Below are positions 1-10,331 of a DNA stretch of 36,214 nucleotides, one piece after another. The stretch is from positions 1 through 36,214 of the forward strand of contig CAYVSA010000014.1 in assembly GCA_964454175.1 (NCBI GenBank), given 5' to 3'. The stretch's first letter is position 1, and the number at the start of each line of letters is the position of its first letter. The DNA comes from an uncultured Pseudomonadota bacterium (GTDB lineage Bacteria; BMS3Abin14). The notes beneath the pieces are model-generated. The model was given only the letters and a program-made list of their open reading frames with translations. It was not told where the DNA came from and made no database searches. The translations under genes were made by a program, and so were the position numbers.

Positions 1-73
1 AAGCAAGATAAGGGCCAAAAGACTAAAAAAGTAAGAAAGTGAGGTCTGACCCCAATGACCAAATAATTTTTTA

Positions 74-101
74 CTTGAAACTTGGAACCTGAAACCTGAA
101 A
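74..101. repeat. Degenerate heptamer tandem array (CTTGAAA-CTTGGAA-CCTGAAA-CCTGAAA)
   Basis: Four in-phase 7-mers directly upstream of the ORF at 111. Confidence 0.7.
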
Positions 102-110
102 CTGGGCCTG

Positions 111-473
111 ATGCGAATTGGAAAGTGGCTCCTCATACTTGTGATCGCTTTCGGGATTGTTTCTGCCATCAAGGTGGGCACGCCCTACCTGCGCTACTGG
201 ATGTTTGAGAACGAGATGGAGGAGCAGGCAAGGCTCCTTTCGGTAAACAAGGTAGGGCGGGCAAAGAGCAACCTGATGCAGGAGGCGAGGGGCTACAATA
301 TCCCCATTACCGATGAGCAGCTGATCGTCCGCAAGGATCCTGATACAGGCCAGGTCCTCATCGAGACAGAGTACAGCATCACCGTGGAGATAGTGCCCCG
401 CTATTCGTATACCTGGAACTTCCATCCCAGGGTGGAAACGAGGGTAGGGGTGGATAAACGATTGAACTTATGA
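111..473 (+). CDS. DUF4845-like small membrane-anchored (pilin-like) protein
   Basis: 120 aa; N-terminal hydrophobic helix followed by K..PY, C-terminal beta-rich 'Y.V.V......YTWNF' pattern resembling DUF4845 proteins. Confidence 0.6.
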   Translation: MRIGKWLLILVIAFGIVSAIKVGTPYLRYWMFENEMEEQARLLSVNKVGRAKSNLMQEARGYNIPITDEQLIVRKDPDTGQVLIETEYSITVEIVPRYSYTWNFHPRVETRVGVDKRLNL

Positions 474-476
474 CCT

Positions 477-546
477 CGTCCAAGGTCCAACGTCCAACGA
501 CCAGCGGGTTTTTTGTAATGCTCTAATTTCTAATGCTCCTATGCTC
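477..546. repeat. Two short tandem arrays: (C/G)GTCCAA heptamers (477-504) and TAATGCTC/TAATTTC 7-8-mers (516-546)
   Basis: CGTCCAA GGTCCAA CGTCCAA CGACCAG; TAATGCTC TAATTTC TAATGCTC CTATGCTC. Confidence 0.7.
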
Positions 547-660
547 CACTACCAGTAGCTTGATTGTGTAACTATGCGAAGGCGAAGGGGCTGTTGCAGG
601 AACCATGTGATCCTGAAACCGAAGCCAACTACTTAAGAATGCAAGGGAAACAAGCGACAC

Positions 661-689
661 TTGACTTTGCGGCCTGAGCGGATTATATT
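661..689 (+). promoter_or_regulatory. Sigma70-type promoter of the pyr operon
   Basis: TTGACT (661-666) - 17 nt - TATATT (684-689), just upstream of the PyrR leader. Confidence 0.75.
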
Positions 690-702
690 ACGCATACACT
701 AA

Positions 703-735
703 CCCTTTAATCTGATCCGGAGAGATCGGCAAGGG
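703..735 (+). promoter_or_regulatory. PyrR-binding RNA stem-loop (anti-antiterminator)
   Basis: CCCUUUAA-UCUGAUCCGGAGAGAUCGG-CAAGGG: CUUUAA internal-loop motif plus an ARUCCnGnGAG-like apical motif; CCCUU pairs with AAGGG; upstream of pyrR. Confidence 0.85.
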
Positions 736-773
736 ACGAAGAATGAATACGGCACCACTCACATAACTTACGC

Positions 774-810
774 AAGCCTCTCTGCCCTCAGGCGGAGGGG
801 CTTTTTTTTT
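774..810 (+). terminator. Attenuator intrinsic terminator in the pyr leader
   Basis: AAGCCTCTCTGCC-CTCA-GGCGGAGGGGCTT hairpin running into a T9 tract (802-810), just before the pyrR RBS. Confidence 0.9.
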
Positions 811-824
811 AGCGAGGTGACCTT

Positions 825-1373
825 ATGCAGGGCAGAAGAAAGAGGCAGATACTGAACTCAGCGGAGATAACGAGGTCTTTGCTCCGCATCTCCCACGAGA
901 TCCTGGAACGGAACAAGGGCCCGCATGATCTGGCCATAGTGGGCATTCCAGAGCCCGGACCGTTCCTTGCGGCCAGGATCTGCGACAATATCAGGAGCGT
1001 TGAGGGGGTGGACGTCCCCCTGGGAAGGCTGGATATCACCTTCCACAGGGATGACATTGATGCCAAACCACCGCCTGTTCCCAAGGGCACTGATCTGCCT
1101 TTCGACATCCGGGGCAAGACCGTAGTCCTGGTGGATGATGTCCTTCATACGGGCCGAACAGTGAGGGCGGCATTAGACGCCCTAATCGACCTCGGCCGCC
1201 CTGCCAGGGTGCAGCTGGCAGTCCTCGTGGACAGGGGGCACCGGGAGCTTCCAGTAAAAGCAGATTTTGTGGGGAGGAACATCCCCACGGGACAGTTCGA
1301 ACAGATCCAGGTCCTGCTGACAGAGATGGGCGAAGGGGAAGACGAGGTAGTCATTACGGAGGGTGAGTTATGA
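825..1373 (+). CDS. pyrR: PyrR pyrimidine operon regulator / uracil phosphoribosyltransferase fold
   Basis: [40 protein letters not shown] motifs; RBS GAGGTG. Confidence 0.97.
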   Translation: MQGRRKRQILNSAEITRSLLRISHEILERNKGPHDLAIVGIPEPGPFLAARICDNIRSVEGVDVPLGRLDITFHRDDIDAKPPPVPKGTDLPFDIRGKTVVLVDDVLHTGRTVRAALDALIDLGRPARVQLAVLVDRGHRELPVKADFVGRNIPTGQFEQIQVLLTEMGEGEDEVVITEGEL

Positions 1374-2305
1374 TCGGACAGAGCAGACACCTTCTGGGCC
1401 TCGACGGCTACTCGCCGGAAGATATATCAAAAGTCCTGGACGTCGCAGTGGGGATGAAGGAGATCTCCCGGCGCAAGATCAAAAAGGTTCCCACCCTGAG
1501 GGGAAAAACGGTCATCAACCTTTTTTTCGAGCCCAGCACAAGGACGAGGACCTCCTTTGAGATCGCGGCCAAGAGGCTGGGTGCCGATGCGGTAAATATT
1601 TCGGCATCGGCCAGCAGCACTGTCAAGGGAGAGACGCTCATCGACACCGCCAGGAACATCGAGTCAATGGTTCCGGATGTAGTCGTGATCAGGCACAAGT
1701 TTTCAGGGGCGCCCGAACTCCTGTCCAGGATCCTGGGCTGTTCGGTGGTCAACGCTGGAGACGGCTCACATCAGCACCCTTCGCAGGGGCTTTTGGACCT
1801 CTATACAATACGCGAAAAAAAGGGCCGTATCGAGGGCCTCAAGGTCTCAATCATAGGTGATATCTCCCACAGCCGAGTAGCAAGGTCGAACATCTACGGT
1901 CTTACCACCCTTGGTGCCCAGGTAACGGTTGGCGGTCCAGCGACAATGATCCCTCCGGGCATTGAAGATCTGGGGGCGAGAGTGGCCACAGGGCTGGAAG
2001 ATGCCATCGACGGTGCTGACGTCATAATGATGCTTCGCATACAGATGGAGAGAAAAAGCGGGTCCCTCTTCCCGACGTTGAGAGAATACTCGCGTTTCTT
2101 CGGGCTGAACGCGCAGAGGCTTACCGGCGCCGCTGACGATGTTCTTGTGATGCACCCCGGTCCCATTAACAGGGGCGTTGAGATCTCCTCGGATGTGGTC
2201 GATGGGCCTTACAGCGTTATACTGGACCAGGTGGAAAACGGTGTTGCGGTCAGGATGGCGATACTTTACCTTCTCGGCGGAGGCGGCGATGAATTGGCTG
2301 ATTAA
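1370..2305 (+). CDS. pyrB: Aspartate carbamoyltransferase catalytic subunit
   Basis: [27 protein letters not shown] motifs; ATGA overlap with pyrR. Confidence 0.98.
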   Translation: MIGQSRHLLGLDGYSPEDISKVLDVAVGMKEISRRKIKKVPTLRGKTVINLFFEPSTRTRTSFEIAAKRLGADAVNISASASSTVKGETLIDTARNIESMVPDVVVIRHKFSGAPELLSRILGCSVVNAGDGSHQHPSQGLLDLYTIREKKGRIEGLKVSIIGDISHSRVARSNIYGLTTLGAQVTVGGPATMIPPGIEDLGARVATGLEDAIDGADVIMMLRIQMERKSGSLFPTLREYSRFFGLNAQRLTGAADDVLVMHPGPINRGVEISSDVVDGPYSVILDQVENGVAVRMAILYLLGGGGDELAD

Positions 2306-3575
2306 GGGGGGCAGGGTAGTTGATCCCGGCTCGGTAACTGATGAGGTGCTCGACATTGCCATTTCTGACGGTGTCATAACCGGGATCGGGAAAAAATTGG
2401 CCACTCCTGATGGTGCTGAAGTGATCGAGGCCCGAGGACTGGCGATTTTCCCGGGATTCATTGACATGCACTGTCACCTGCGGGAGCCCGGGTTCGAGTA
2501 CAAGGAAACTGTTGAGTCAGGAACGGCCGCTGCGGTAAGGGGCGGGATCACTTCGGTGATGTGCATGGCAAACACAGAACCGGTCAATGACAACGCTTCA
2601 ATTACCAGCTATATCCTGGACAAGGCTGCAGAAGCCGGGTTTGCCAGGGTTTATCCAGTCGGCTGCCTCAGCGAGGGTATGAGGGGTGAAAAACTTTCCC
2701 AGATGGGAGAACTTGCCGCCGCCGGCTGCGTTGCAGTGTCGGATGATGGACTGCCTGTCACCAACGGCGATCTGATGAGAAGGGCAATAGCCTATTCTGA
2801 CCATTTCGGTCTCCTCGTAATAGACCACGCCGAGGACCTTGCCATAGCTGGAGACGGCGTGATGAGAGAAGGCTCCGTGTCTACCAGGCTGGGCCTGGAA
2901 GGGATACCGTCATCATCGGAGGCATCAGCAGTAGCGCGCGATATCGCACTGCTCAGGGAATTCGGCGGCAGGCTGCACCTGGCACACATCAGTACATCTG
3001 GTTCCCTTGCCCTGGTGAGGGCTGCAAAGGCAGATGGGCTGGAACTTACCGCCGAGACGTGTCCGCACTATTTTACACTGACAGAAGATGACGTGGCCCG
3101 GTACGATACCAACGCCAAGATGCGCCCCCCACTGGGGTCGGCCGAAGACCTGGAGGCAGTAAAAGAAGCTCTTGCTGACGGTACCATCGATGTCATAGCA
3201 ACAGACCACGCGCCCCACCACCAGGATGAAAAAGACCTGGAGTTCGATCTGGCGGCCTTCGGGGTGTCCGGCCTTGAGACGGCCCTTGCCCTGACACTGA
3301 AGCTTGTGGATGATGGGCTCCTTAATCTCCCCGAGGCTGTGGCAAAGTGGACCTGTAATCCCGCGAGGATAGCGGGACTCGAAGGGGGGGGGATAGTGCA
3401 GACGGGCCCGGCTGACCTGACACTGGTAGATCTTGCGAGAGAGTGGACAGTAGATCCGGAAAAATTCGCTTCAATGGGTAAAAACACGCCCTTTGCCGGA
3501 ATGGAATTGAAGGGGCAGGTATTATACACCATGGTTGGCGGCAAGATGGTCTACAGACTTGAAGAGGATGCCTGA
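2289..3575 (+). CDS. pyrC: Dihydroorotase (class I)
   Basis: [25 protein letters not shown] motifs; start moved to ATG 2289 ([10 protein letters not shown]), overlapping the pyrB end. Confidence 0.96.
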   Translation: MNWLIKGGRVVDPGSVTDEVLDIAISDGVITGIGKKLATPDGAEVIEARGLAIFPGFIDMHCHLREPGFEYKETVESGTAAAVRGGITSVMCMANTEPVNDNASITSYILDKAAEAGFARVYPVGCLSEGMRGEKLSQMGELAAAGCVAVSDDGLPVTNGDLMRRAIAYSDHFGLLVIDHAEDLAIAGDGVMREGSVSTRLGLEGIPSSSEASAVARDIALLREFGGRLHLAHISTSGSLALVRAAKADGLELTAETCPHYFTLTEDDVARYDTNAKMRPPLGSAEDLEAVKEALADGTIDVIATDHAPHHQDEKDLEFDLAAFGVSGLETALALTLKLVDDGLLNLPEAVAKWTCNPARIAGLEGGGIVQTGPADLTLVDLAREWTVDPEKFASMGKNTPFAGMELKGQVLYTMVGGKMVYRLEEDA

Positions 3576-3576
3576 A

Positions 3577-4737
3577 ATGCTGAGCCTGTCCCAGATGATC
3601 AGGTCGGGAAGGCCGCGGGCGCACCTTGGCCTTGCCGATGGAACCATATTCGCCGGCTGGGGTTTCGGGGCTCAGGATGTCAGCGTCGGCGAGGTGGTTT
3701 TCAACACCTGCCTTGCAGGCTATCAGGAGGTGCTGACCGACCCTTCGTACCACAGACAGATCGTAATGATGACGGCTCCCCAGATCGGCAACACGGGTAC
3801 TAATCCCGAGGATTCGGAATCGATCAAGCCATGGGTCGCCGGCTTCGTCGTTAAAGAGAGTTCTCTTGTGACCAGCAGCTGGAGGGCCCGTGAGGATCTG
3901 GACGTATTCCTTGACCGCAGTGGCATAACCGGTATTGAAGGCATTGATACAAGGGCCCTGACACGCCATATCCGTGACAGGGGTGCCCAGGCCGGGGCAA
4001 TCGGCATCGGAGACATCAATCCGGACGAGCTGGTTGACCTCGCCAGGGACTGGGGGAGTATGGAGGGCAGGGATCTGGTCGCTGAAGTGACTCCGGGGAA
4101 GGAATATTCCTGGGAGGAGGGCCCTTATCATCCCCTGACGGGGTTTTCGGAAGTTGATCTCAGATACCACGTGGTAGCTGTCGACTACGGTATCAAGCGA
4201 AACATTTTGAGGGAACTGGCCGGCGTGGGCTGCAGGGTAACAGTAGTCCCTGCAAATACGGGCGTCGACCGCATATTGGGGCTTGCTCCAGACGGGGTAT
4301 TCCTCTCCAACGGCCCGGGTGATCCTGAACCGGTTCAGTACGCCGTTGAGACGGTTCGGGGCCTTCTGGGAAAAGTTCCAATATTCGGGATATGTCTGGG
4401 GCATCAGGTACTGGGCCTTGCCCTTGGGGGCAGGACATCCAAACTGAAGTTTGGTCATCACGGCGGGAACCATCCGGTCATGGACCTGACAACTGAAAAA
4501 GTGGAGATAACCTCCCAGAATCATGGATTCGTTGTCGAGCCGGATTCCCTGGCAGGGACTGACAATGAGGTCAGGGTGACTCACATCAACCTGAATGACA
4601 GGACAGTGGAGGGCATCGAACACCTGAAAATACCGGCTTTTTCGGTACAGTATCACCCGGAGGCTTCCCCCGGACCACACGATTCCAACTACCTGTTCGG
4701 CAGGTTCGTCGAGTTGATGAATAAGGACAGATCGTGA
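3577..4737 (+). CDS. carA: Carbamoyl-phosphate synthase small subunit
   Basis: GEVVFNT, GYQEVLTDPSY, SNGPGDP, GICLGHQ, QYHPEASPGPHD; start chosen at ATG 3577 (RBS GAGG), 3568 or 3595 also possible. Confidence 0.96.
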   Translation: MLSLSQMIRSGRPRAHLGLADGTIFAGWGFGAQDVSVGEVVFNTCLAGYQEVLTDPSYHRQIVMMTAPQIGNTGTNPEDSESIKPWVAGFVVKESSLVTSSWRAREDLDVFLDRSGITGIEGIDTRALTRHIRDRGAQAGAIGIGDINPDELVDLARDWGSMEGRDLVAEVTPGKEYSWEEGPYHPLTGFSEVDLRYHVVAVDYGIKRNILRELAGVGCRVTVVPANTGVDRILGLAPDGVFLSNGPGDPEPVQYAVETVRGLLGKVPIFGICLGHQVLGLALGGRTSKLKFGHHGGNHPVMDLTTEKVEITSQNHGFVVEPDSLAGTDNEVRVTHINLNDRTVEGIEHLKIPAFSVQYHPEASPGPHDSNYLFGRFVELMNKDRS

Positions 4738-4817
4738 CCAACGTCCAGAGCCCAAAGCCCAACGTCCAAAATCCGGAATCAAGGATCAACCTTGAACGTT
4801 GAACTTTCAACCTTGAA
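4734..4817. repeat. Twelve in-phase degenerate heptamers between carA and carB
   Basis: GTGACCA ACGTCCA GAGCCCA AAGCCCA ACGTCCA AAATCCG GAATCAA GGATCAA CCTTGAA CGTTGAA CTTTCAA CCTTGAA. Confidence 0.8.
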
Positions 4818-4826
4818 CACAACATT

Positions 4827-7800
4827 ATGCCCAAACGCGATGACATAAAGAAAATACTCCTGATCGGTTCGGGGCCTATCGTAATAGGACAGGCGTGTGA
4901 ATTCGACTACTCAGGCACCCAGGCCTGCAAAGTCCTCGTGGAGGAGGGGTTCGAAGTGGTGCTGGTAAACAGCAATCCTGCCACCATTATGACGGATCCC
5001 GAGCTTTCCCACAGGACATATATCGAACCCCTAACTGCCCAGTTTCTGGAATCGATCATTGAAAAGGAACGGCCCGACGCGGTTCTTCCCACCCTGGGCG
5101 GGCAGACAGCCCTCAATCTTGCAGTTGAACTGGACGAGGCTGGAGTGTTCGCCAGGTACGGTGTTGAGATGATCGGCGCCGACCGGGCAGCTATCGAGAA
5201 GGCAGAAGACAGAGACCGGTTTAAGGAAGCCATGACCAGGATCGGCCTGGACCTTCCAAAAAGCGGTTTCGCCAACTCCTATGAGGATGCAATAAAAACA
5301 CTGGAGGAAGTGGGGCTGCCGGCGATAATAAGGCCGTCTTTCACCCTGGGTGGCACCGGAGGGAACATCGCCTACAACATGGAAGAATTCGACCGCTACG
5401 TCCAGTGGGGCCTGGACCTCTCGCCCACGGGCGAGATACTCGTCGAAGAGAGTATTGTGGGTTGGAAAGAGTTCGAGCTGGAAGTCATGAGGGACCGGAA
5501 GGATAATGTGGTCATCGTGTGCTCTATCGAGAACTTCGATCCCATGGGTATACACACGGGGGATTCCATCACAGTCGCGCCGGCCCTGACGCTTACGGAT
5601 CGGGAGTATCAGGAGATGAGGGACGCATCTCTGGCCATCATTCGTGAGATCGGAGTGGATACCGGCGGCAGCAACATTCAGTTCGCCGTATGTCCCGAAA
5701 CTGGCAGGATGGTGGTCATAGAGATGAACCCGAGGGTTTCGCGCTCCAGCGCCCTTGCCTCCAAGGCGACCGGTTTTCCTATAGCAAAGATTGCCGCCAG
5801 GCTGGCTGTGGGCTACACTCTCGACGAGATCACCAATGACATAACGCGGGAGACGCCTGCCTGCTTCGAGCCGACAATAGACTATGTAGTCGTCAAGTTC
5901 CCCAGATTCGCCTTTGAAAAATTCCCCAAGGCAGACCAGCTGCTGACGACCCAGATGAAATCGGTGGGTGAGGTGATGGCCATCGGCAGAACTTTCAAGG
6001 AAGCCCTTGGCAAAGCTGTGTCGTCATTGGAGATCGACACCGCCGGTTTCGAGGAAAGGGAAGAGGCCAGTGAGGAAGAGCTTCGTGAAAAACTGAGGGT
6101 ACCTAACTGGGAGAGGATGTGGTACCTGGCTGAAGCCTTCAGGAGGGGAGTGGATTTTGCCGAAATACGAGAGCTGACAGGTATTGACCCGTGGTTTCTG
6201 GAACAGGTCATGACCGTTGTTCAGGCCGAGAAATGGCTTGGCAGCAGGTCTCTTGAGGACCTTTCCACCGAAGACCTGTTAACTGCAAAACAGCTGGGAT
6301 TTTCTGACCTGAGGCTCGCCCAGCTTATGAGAACCGGACAGGAGCGGATCCGGCAGAGACGGACCGGGGACGGGGTCAAGGCTACCTTCAAGACCGTTGA
6401 CACCTGCGCAGCCGAGTTTGAAGCGCACACTCCCTATCTGTACTCGACCTATGAAAAAGAAGACGAGTCGGCACCCTCCGGGAAAAAGAAAGTGATAATC
6501 CTTGGCGGGGGGCCCAACAGGATAGGGCAGGGCATAGAGTTTGACTACTGCTGTGTGCACGGTGTCCTTGCGCTGGCTGAAGAGGGTTATGAAACTATCA
6601 TGGTCAACTGCAACCCCGAGACGGTCAGCACCGACTATGATACCTCTGACAGGCTCTATTTCGAACCCCTGACCCTGGAGCACGTACTGAATATTGTGGA
6701 TGTGGAAAAGCCCGACGGCGTAATTGTTCAGTTCGGCGGCCAGACCCCCTTAAAGCTGGCCCTGGATCTGGAATCGGCTGGCGTTCCCATTATCGGCACA
6801 AGTCCTGACAAGATAGATCTGGCTGAAGACAGGGAAAGATTCTCTGGTATGCTCAGGAAGCTGGACCTGAGACAGCCTCCCAACGACGTTGCAACTTCGG
6901 TGGAAGAGGCGCGCCGCGCCGCCTCCAGGATAGGTTATCCTGTGGTGGTAAGGCCTTCCTACGTGCTGGGAGGAAGAGCCATGGAGATCGTTTTCGACGA
7001 GGAGAGCCTCGACAGATATATGACGGAGGCAGTGACTGCCTCCCCCGAACACCCGGTCCTGATCGACAAGTTCCTGGAGGACGCTATCGAGATCGACGTT
7101 GATGCACTTTCCGACGGCGAAAGGGTAGTTATCGGCGGTATTATGGAGCACATAGAGGAGGCTGGCGTGCACTCCGGCGATTCGGCCTGCAGCCTGCCGC
7201 CCATTTCTCTAAAACCGGACATGATAGAGGAGATAGGAAGACAGACTCGCCTCCTGGGAGAGGCCCTTGAAGTCCTGGGACTGATGAACATTCAGTTTGC
7301 CATAAAGGATTCTGAGATATTCATCCTGGAGGTCAATCCAAGGGCGTCCCGTACGGTGCCCTTTGTGAGCAAAGCTATAGGGGTGCCGCTTGCCAGGCTG
7401 GCCGCGAAAGTTATGGTTGGAAGGAAACTGGACAACCTTGGTTTTACCGGGGAGATCGTTCCGAAGCACATCAGCGTCAAGGAAGCTGTTTTCCCCTTTA
7501 TTAAATTCCCCGGTGTTGACACACTTTTAGGCCCTGAGATGAGGTCTACCGGCGAGGTGATGGGAATTGACGAAAAGTTCGGTCTCGCCTTTGCCAAAGC
7601 ACAGCTTGCCGCGGGATTGCAGATACCGGTGGCGGGAACAGCCCTCCTGTCCATCAAGGACGGCGATAAGGATGGTATCCTGCCCGTTGCTCAAAAGCTG
7701 GCAGAGATGGGATTCAGGATGCTGGCGACCGGAGGCACACGCAATTACCTTGAGGGATGTGGAATATCTACCGAGTTTGTCAGGAAGGTCAGAGAGGGGC

Positions 7801-8030
7801 GTCCCCATGTTGTCGACGCCATAATAAACAGGGAAGTCCAGATAGTGATCAACACAGTTGAGGGGGCACAATCCATTGCGGACTCTTACACGATCAGACG
7901 ATCCGCAGTGGACCAGAACATAGCCTACTTCACAACTATACCAGGGGCCAGGGCGGTGGTTCTGGGCATTGAGGCCCTTATGAGGAAAGATTGGGACGTA
8001 AAACCACTGCAGGATTACTATTCATCCTGA
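4827..8030 (+). CDS. carB: Carbamoyl-phosphate synthase large subunit
   Basis: MPKR start, [27 protein letters not shown], duplicated ATP-grasp, C-terminal MGS-like domain; 1067 aa. Confidence 0.99.
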   Translation: MPKRDDIKKILLIGSGPIVIGQACEFDYSGTQACKVLVEEGFEVVLVNSNPATIMTDPELSHRTYIEPLTAQFLESIIEKERPDAVLPTLGGQTALNLAVELDEAGVFARYGVEMIGADRAAIEKAEDRDRFKEAMTRIGLDLPKSGFANSYEDAIKTLEEVGLPAIIRPSFTLGGTGGNIAYNMEEFDRYVQWGLDLSPTGEILVEESIVGWKEFELEVMRDRKDNVVIVCSIENFDPMGIHTGDSITVAPALTLTDREYQEMRDASLAIIREIGVDTGGSNIQFAVCPETGRMVVIEMNPRVSRSSALASKATGFPIAKIAARLAVGYTLDEITNDITRETPACFEPTIDYVVVKFPRFAFEKFPKADQLLTTQMKSVGEVMAIGRTFKEALGKAVSSLEIDTAGFEEREEASEEELREKLRVPNWERMWYLAEAFRRGVDFAEIRELTGIDPWFLEQVMTVVQAEKWLGSRSLEDLSTEDLLTAKQLGFSDLRLAQLMRTGQERIRQRRTGDGVKATFKTVDTCAAEFEAHTPYLYSTYEKEDESAPSGKKKVIILGGGPNRIGQGIEFDYCCVHGVLALAEEGYETIMVNCNPETVSTDYDTSDRLYFEPLTLEHVLNIVDVEKPDGVIVQFGGQTPLKLALDLESAGVPIIGTSPDKIDLAEDRERFSGMLRKLDLRQPPNDVATSVEEARRAASRIGYPVVVRPSYVLGGRAMEIVFDEESLDRYMTEAVTASPEHPVLIDKFLEDAIEIDVDALSDGERVVIGGIMEHIEEAGVHSGDSACSLPPISLKPDMIEEIGRQTRLLGEALEVLGLMNIQFAIKDSEIFILEVNPRASRTVPFVSKAIGVPLARLAAKVMVGRKLDNLGFTGEIVPKHISVKEAVFPFIKFPGVDTLLGPEMRSTGEVMGIDEKFGLAFAKAQLAAGLQIPVAGTALLSIKDGDKDGILPVAQKLAEMGFRMLATGGTRNYLEGCGISTEFVRKVREGRPHVVDAIINREVQIVINTVEGAQSIADSYTIRRSAVDQNIAYFTTIPGARAVVLGIEALMRKDWDVKPLQDYYSS

Positions 8031-9442
8031 TAGCCGCCGCCATGGCCACTCCGGCCTGCAGGTCTGCCGGGAAAAAAGTTCAGGACCCCGGATCGTATTT
8101 TTCCGTTTCGGGTGAGGTTACGTCCCGTTCGCTTGGGATATATTCAGGTTCGATAAGGGTAGGTGACTACAGGTTTGAAAAAGCTGCAGGACGCTGGAGT
8201 AACACCGGTGAAGGCCCGGCTGTGCGGGTTGCAGAAAAGCTGGAAATGAGACTTTCCTTCATGGGCGAAAGCATAAAGCTGGCAACAAGTCAGAGGGCCT
8301 ACTTCAAGAGCGATCTTACTTTACTGGGAAGTGTGAGTACTGTTGACTTCGGAGGCGGCAGGTGGAACACGAAATGGCTGCTCATGGGGGACGGCAGCTA
8401 TCTGAAAGAAGAGCTCATGGGGAAGAGTGCCAGGAGCAAAAGGGTGAATGTGCCTGAGGGGGCTGTCACAATGGAGTCGCTTTCGCTCTATATTTCAGGC
8501 CTGGGCTTTCCCGATGAGGGTTACAGGGAGGTACAGCTCTTCTCACTGACCCTGGGCAGGAAGATCCCGGTGAGGATCCACTACATGGGTAAGGAAGATG
8601 GGGACAGAAAGTTCTCCATCTCCATGTGGGGTATGGAGGAAGATATGTGGATCGACCCTGCAGGCATGGTTGTAAAAGAAACGATGCCCTGGGGACTCAG
8701 GGCTGACAGTACCGGGAAGGACGACACTTACGGGGCTCTTTCCCTGGAAAAGATATTTACTACAACAGCAGTGCCCGCAATAGATATTCCCCCCGGACTG
8801 GCTGACCGGGGATCTGCCCTCCTGAAGGTTGAAGGACTGCCGGCGAAATTGCCTTCCGGCCAATGGCAGGAGATCGAGCCAGGGGAGAGCCTGGTCACCG
8901 TTCGCCTGGAAAAACCGGTGGTGCCGTCCATTGCGCAGAGGTTGCGATCCAGGCAGCCTCAACAGGAAGAAGGGTTCGGGCTCAACCTGGACTCGGAGCG
9001 GATCCAGGAGCTTGCCGGTTCCATCGTATCGGGGATAGAGGACCCCTGGGACAGGTCAGAAGCTATCGGCAGGTGGGTCTACGAACATCTGGGAAAAAGC
9101 ATGCGGGAAGGTTTTTCCGCTCTCGAGGCTCTCGAGGCCGGTGAGGGTGAGTGCCAGTCACACAGCCTCCTCACGCTGGCGCTTCTTAGATCCGCAGGAA
9201 TTGAGTCACACTTTGCCTACGGCGTTGTTTACATGCCAGATCGGGGTATGTACCTTTTCCACACATGGGTGGAGGTGAACGTGGGCGCCTGGATACCCAT
9301 GGATCCCACATTGGGCCGCTTCCCATCCGGCGTTGATCACCTGACGCTCGCAACAGGGGAGTACATGGACCAGTTCAAACTTTTTCCCTTCATACAGGGG
9401 GATGGAAAGTGGCGTATTTCATATGCGGGGCCGGTAGATTGA
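7991..9442 (+). CDS. Exported (possibly lipoprotein) transglutaminase-like protein
   Basis: Signal peptide ending ..TPAC; C-terminal Cys-His-Asp triad motifs GECQSHS / FHTWVEV / WIPMDPT; TTG start overlapping the carB end (start uncertain). Confidence 0.85.
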   Translation: MGRKTTAGLLFILIAAAMATPACRSAGKKVQDPGSYFSVSGEVTSRSLGIYSGSIRVGDYRFEKAAGRWSNTGEGPAVRVAEKLEMRLSFMGESIKLATSQRAYFKSDLTLLGSVSTVDFGGGRWNTKWLLMGDGSYLKEELMGKSARSKRVNVPEGAVTMESLSLYISGLGFPDEGYREVQLFSLTLGRKIPVRIHYMGKEDGDRKFSISMWGMEEDMWIDPAGMVVKETMPWGLRADSTGKDDTYGALSLEKIFTTTAVPAIDIPPGLADRGSALLKVEGLPAKLPSGQWQEIEPGESLVTVRLEKPVVPSIAQRLRSRQPQQEEGFGLNLDSERIQELAGSIVSGIEDPWDRSEAIGRWVYEHLGKSMREGFSALEALEAGEGECQSHSLLTLALLRSAGIESHFAYGVVYMPDRGMYLFHTWVEVNVGAWIPMDPTLGRFPSGVDHLTLATGEYMDQFKLFPFIQGDGKWRISYAGPVD

Positions 9443-9463
9443 TCTTTTCTAACCGGGACATAT

Positions 9464-10309
9464 ATGTGTAGCGGACACGAAGTATTTCAAGAGACATCCC
9501 TTGTCGGGGCAATGGTAGTATCAAACAGCCGCGAGGCCGATGGCCACCGGCGGTTGATACTTGAGGTCCCTGCCGGCCTCTCAGTCAAACCGGAGCCGGG
9601 TAGATTCATAATGCTTCGCATCTCAGCCGAGAGTGCCCCTCTACTTGCGAGGCCCTTCGGGATTGCGGGGTTCTGGAAGGTGAATGACGGGGACAGGATC
9701 GAAATATTTTACAGGATTGCGGGACGTGGGACCATGGCTATGTCCAGCTGGTCTGTAGGACGCAGAGTGTGGTTCCTGGGGCCCCTGGGCAGTGGATTCA
9801 ACCTGCCTCCCGAGGGCAGCCGGAGCTTGCTTATCGCCGGGGGCATAGGTCTGCCTCCACTCCTTGCCCTTGCCCGGGAGATGGCCGCCAGGGGGAGACA
9901 TGAAGAGCTGGCCGTCCTGTACGGCGGCCGGAGCAAAAAGACGATGGTGGCCCTTGATGTTATTGAAGAATTGGGGATAACGGTTAAGACGTGTACTGAG
10001 GACGGAAGCTGCGGCAGGTCCGGCATGGTTACCGGGCTGCTGTCGGGTTTTGACGGCGGGAAAGGACACCACCTCTTCGTGTGCGGTCCCAACATGATGA
10101 TGGCCGAAGTTCACCGGCTGTCCTCGGCCCTGGCGGAGTCATCACAGTTCAGCCTGGAATCGAGGATGGCCTGCGGTTTTGGTGTGTGCATGGGGTGCGC
10201 GGTGCGTGTGGCAGGCAGACAGGGAAACGAATACAGGCGGGTCTGCCGCGATGGGCCGGTTTTCGATGGCAGGCTTCTTGTGCCGGGTTCATTTCCTGGT
10301 GGACTCTGA
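9464..10309 (+). CDS. pyrK: Dihydroorotate dehydrogenase electron transfer subunit
   Basis: LARPF, IAGGIG, CGP and 2Fe-2S motif MACGFGVCMGC...RVCRDGPVF; upstream of pyrD. Confidence 0.93.
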   Translation: MCSGHEVFQETSLVGAMVVSNSREADGHRRLILEVPAGLSVKPEPGRFIMLRISAESAPLLARPFGIAGFWKVNDGDRIEIFYRIAGRGTMAMSSWSVGRRVWFLGPLGSGFNLPPEGSRSLLIAGGIGLPPLLALAREMAARGRHEELAVLYGGRSKKTMVALDVIEELGITVKTCTEDGSCGRSGMVTGLLSGFDGGKGHHLFVCGPNMMMAEVHRLSSALAESSQFSLESRMACGFGVCMGCAVRVAGRQGNEYRRVCRDGPVFDGRLLVPGSFPGGL

Positions 10310-10331
10310 TCCAATGGCTTCAGGAGGCAGG

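Noticed and set aside
554-633. Possible riboswitch upstream of the pyr promoter (AGTAGCTTG/CAACTACT and CAGGA/TCCTG pairings)
   Set aside because: Stems are short, no recognisable aptamer consensus, and it lies upstream of the predicted TSS
3322-4782. 486-aa antisense ORF over pyrC/carA, and the many other minus-strand ORFs across the two operons
   Set aside because: Shadow frames of well-conserved plus-strand genes in GC-rich DNA; no recognisable motifs
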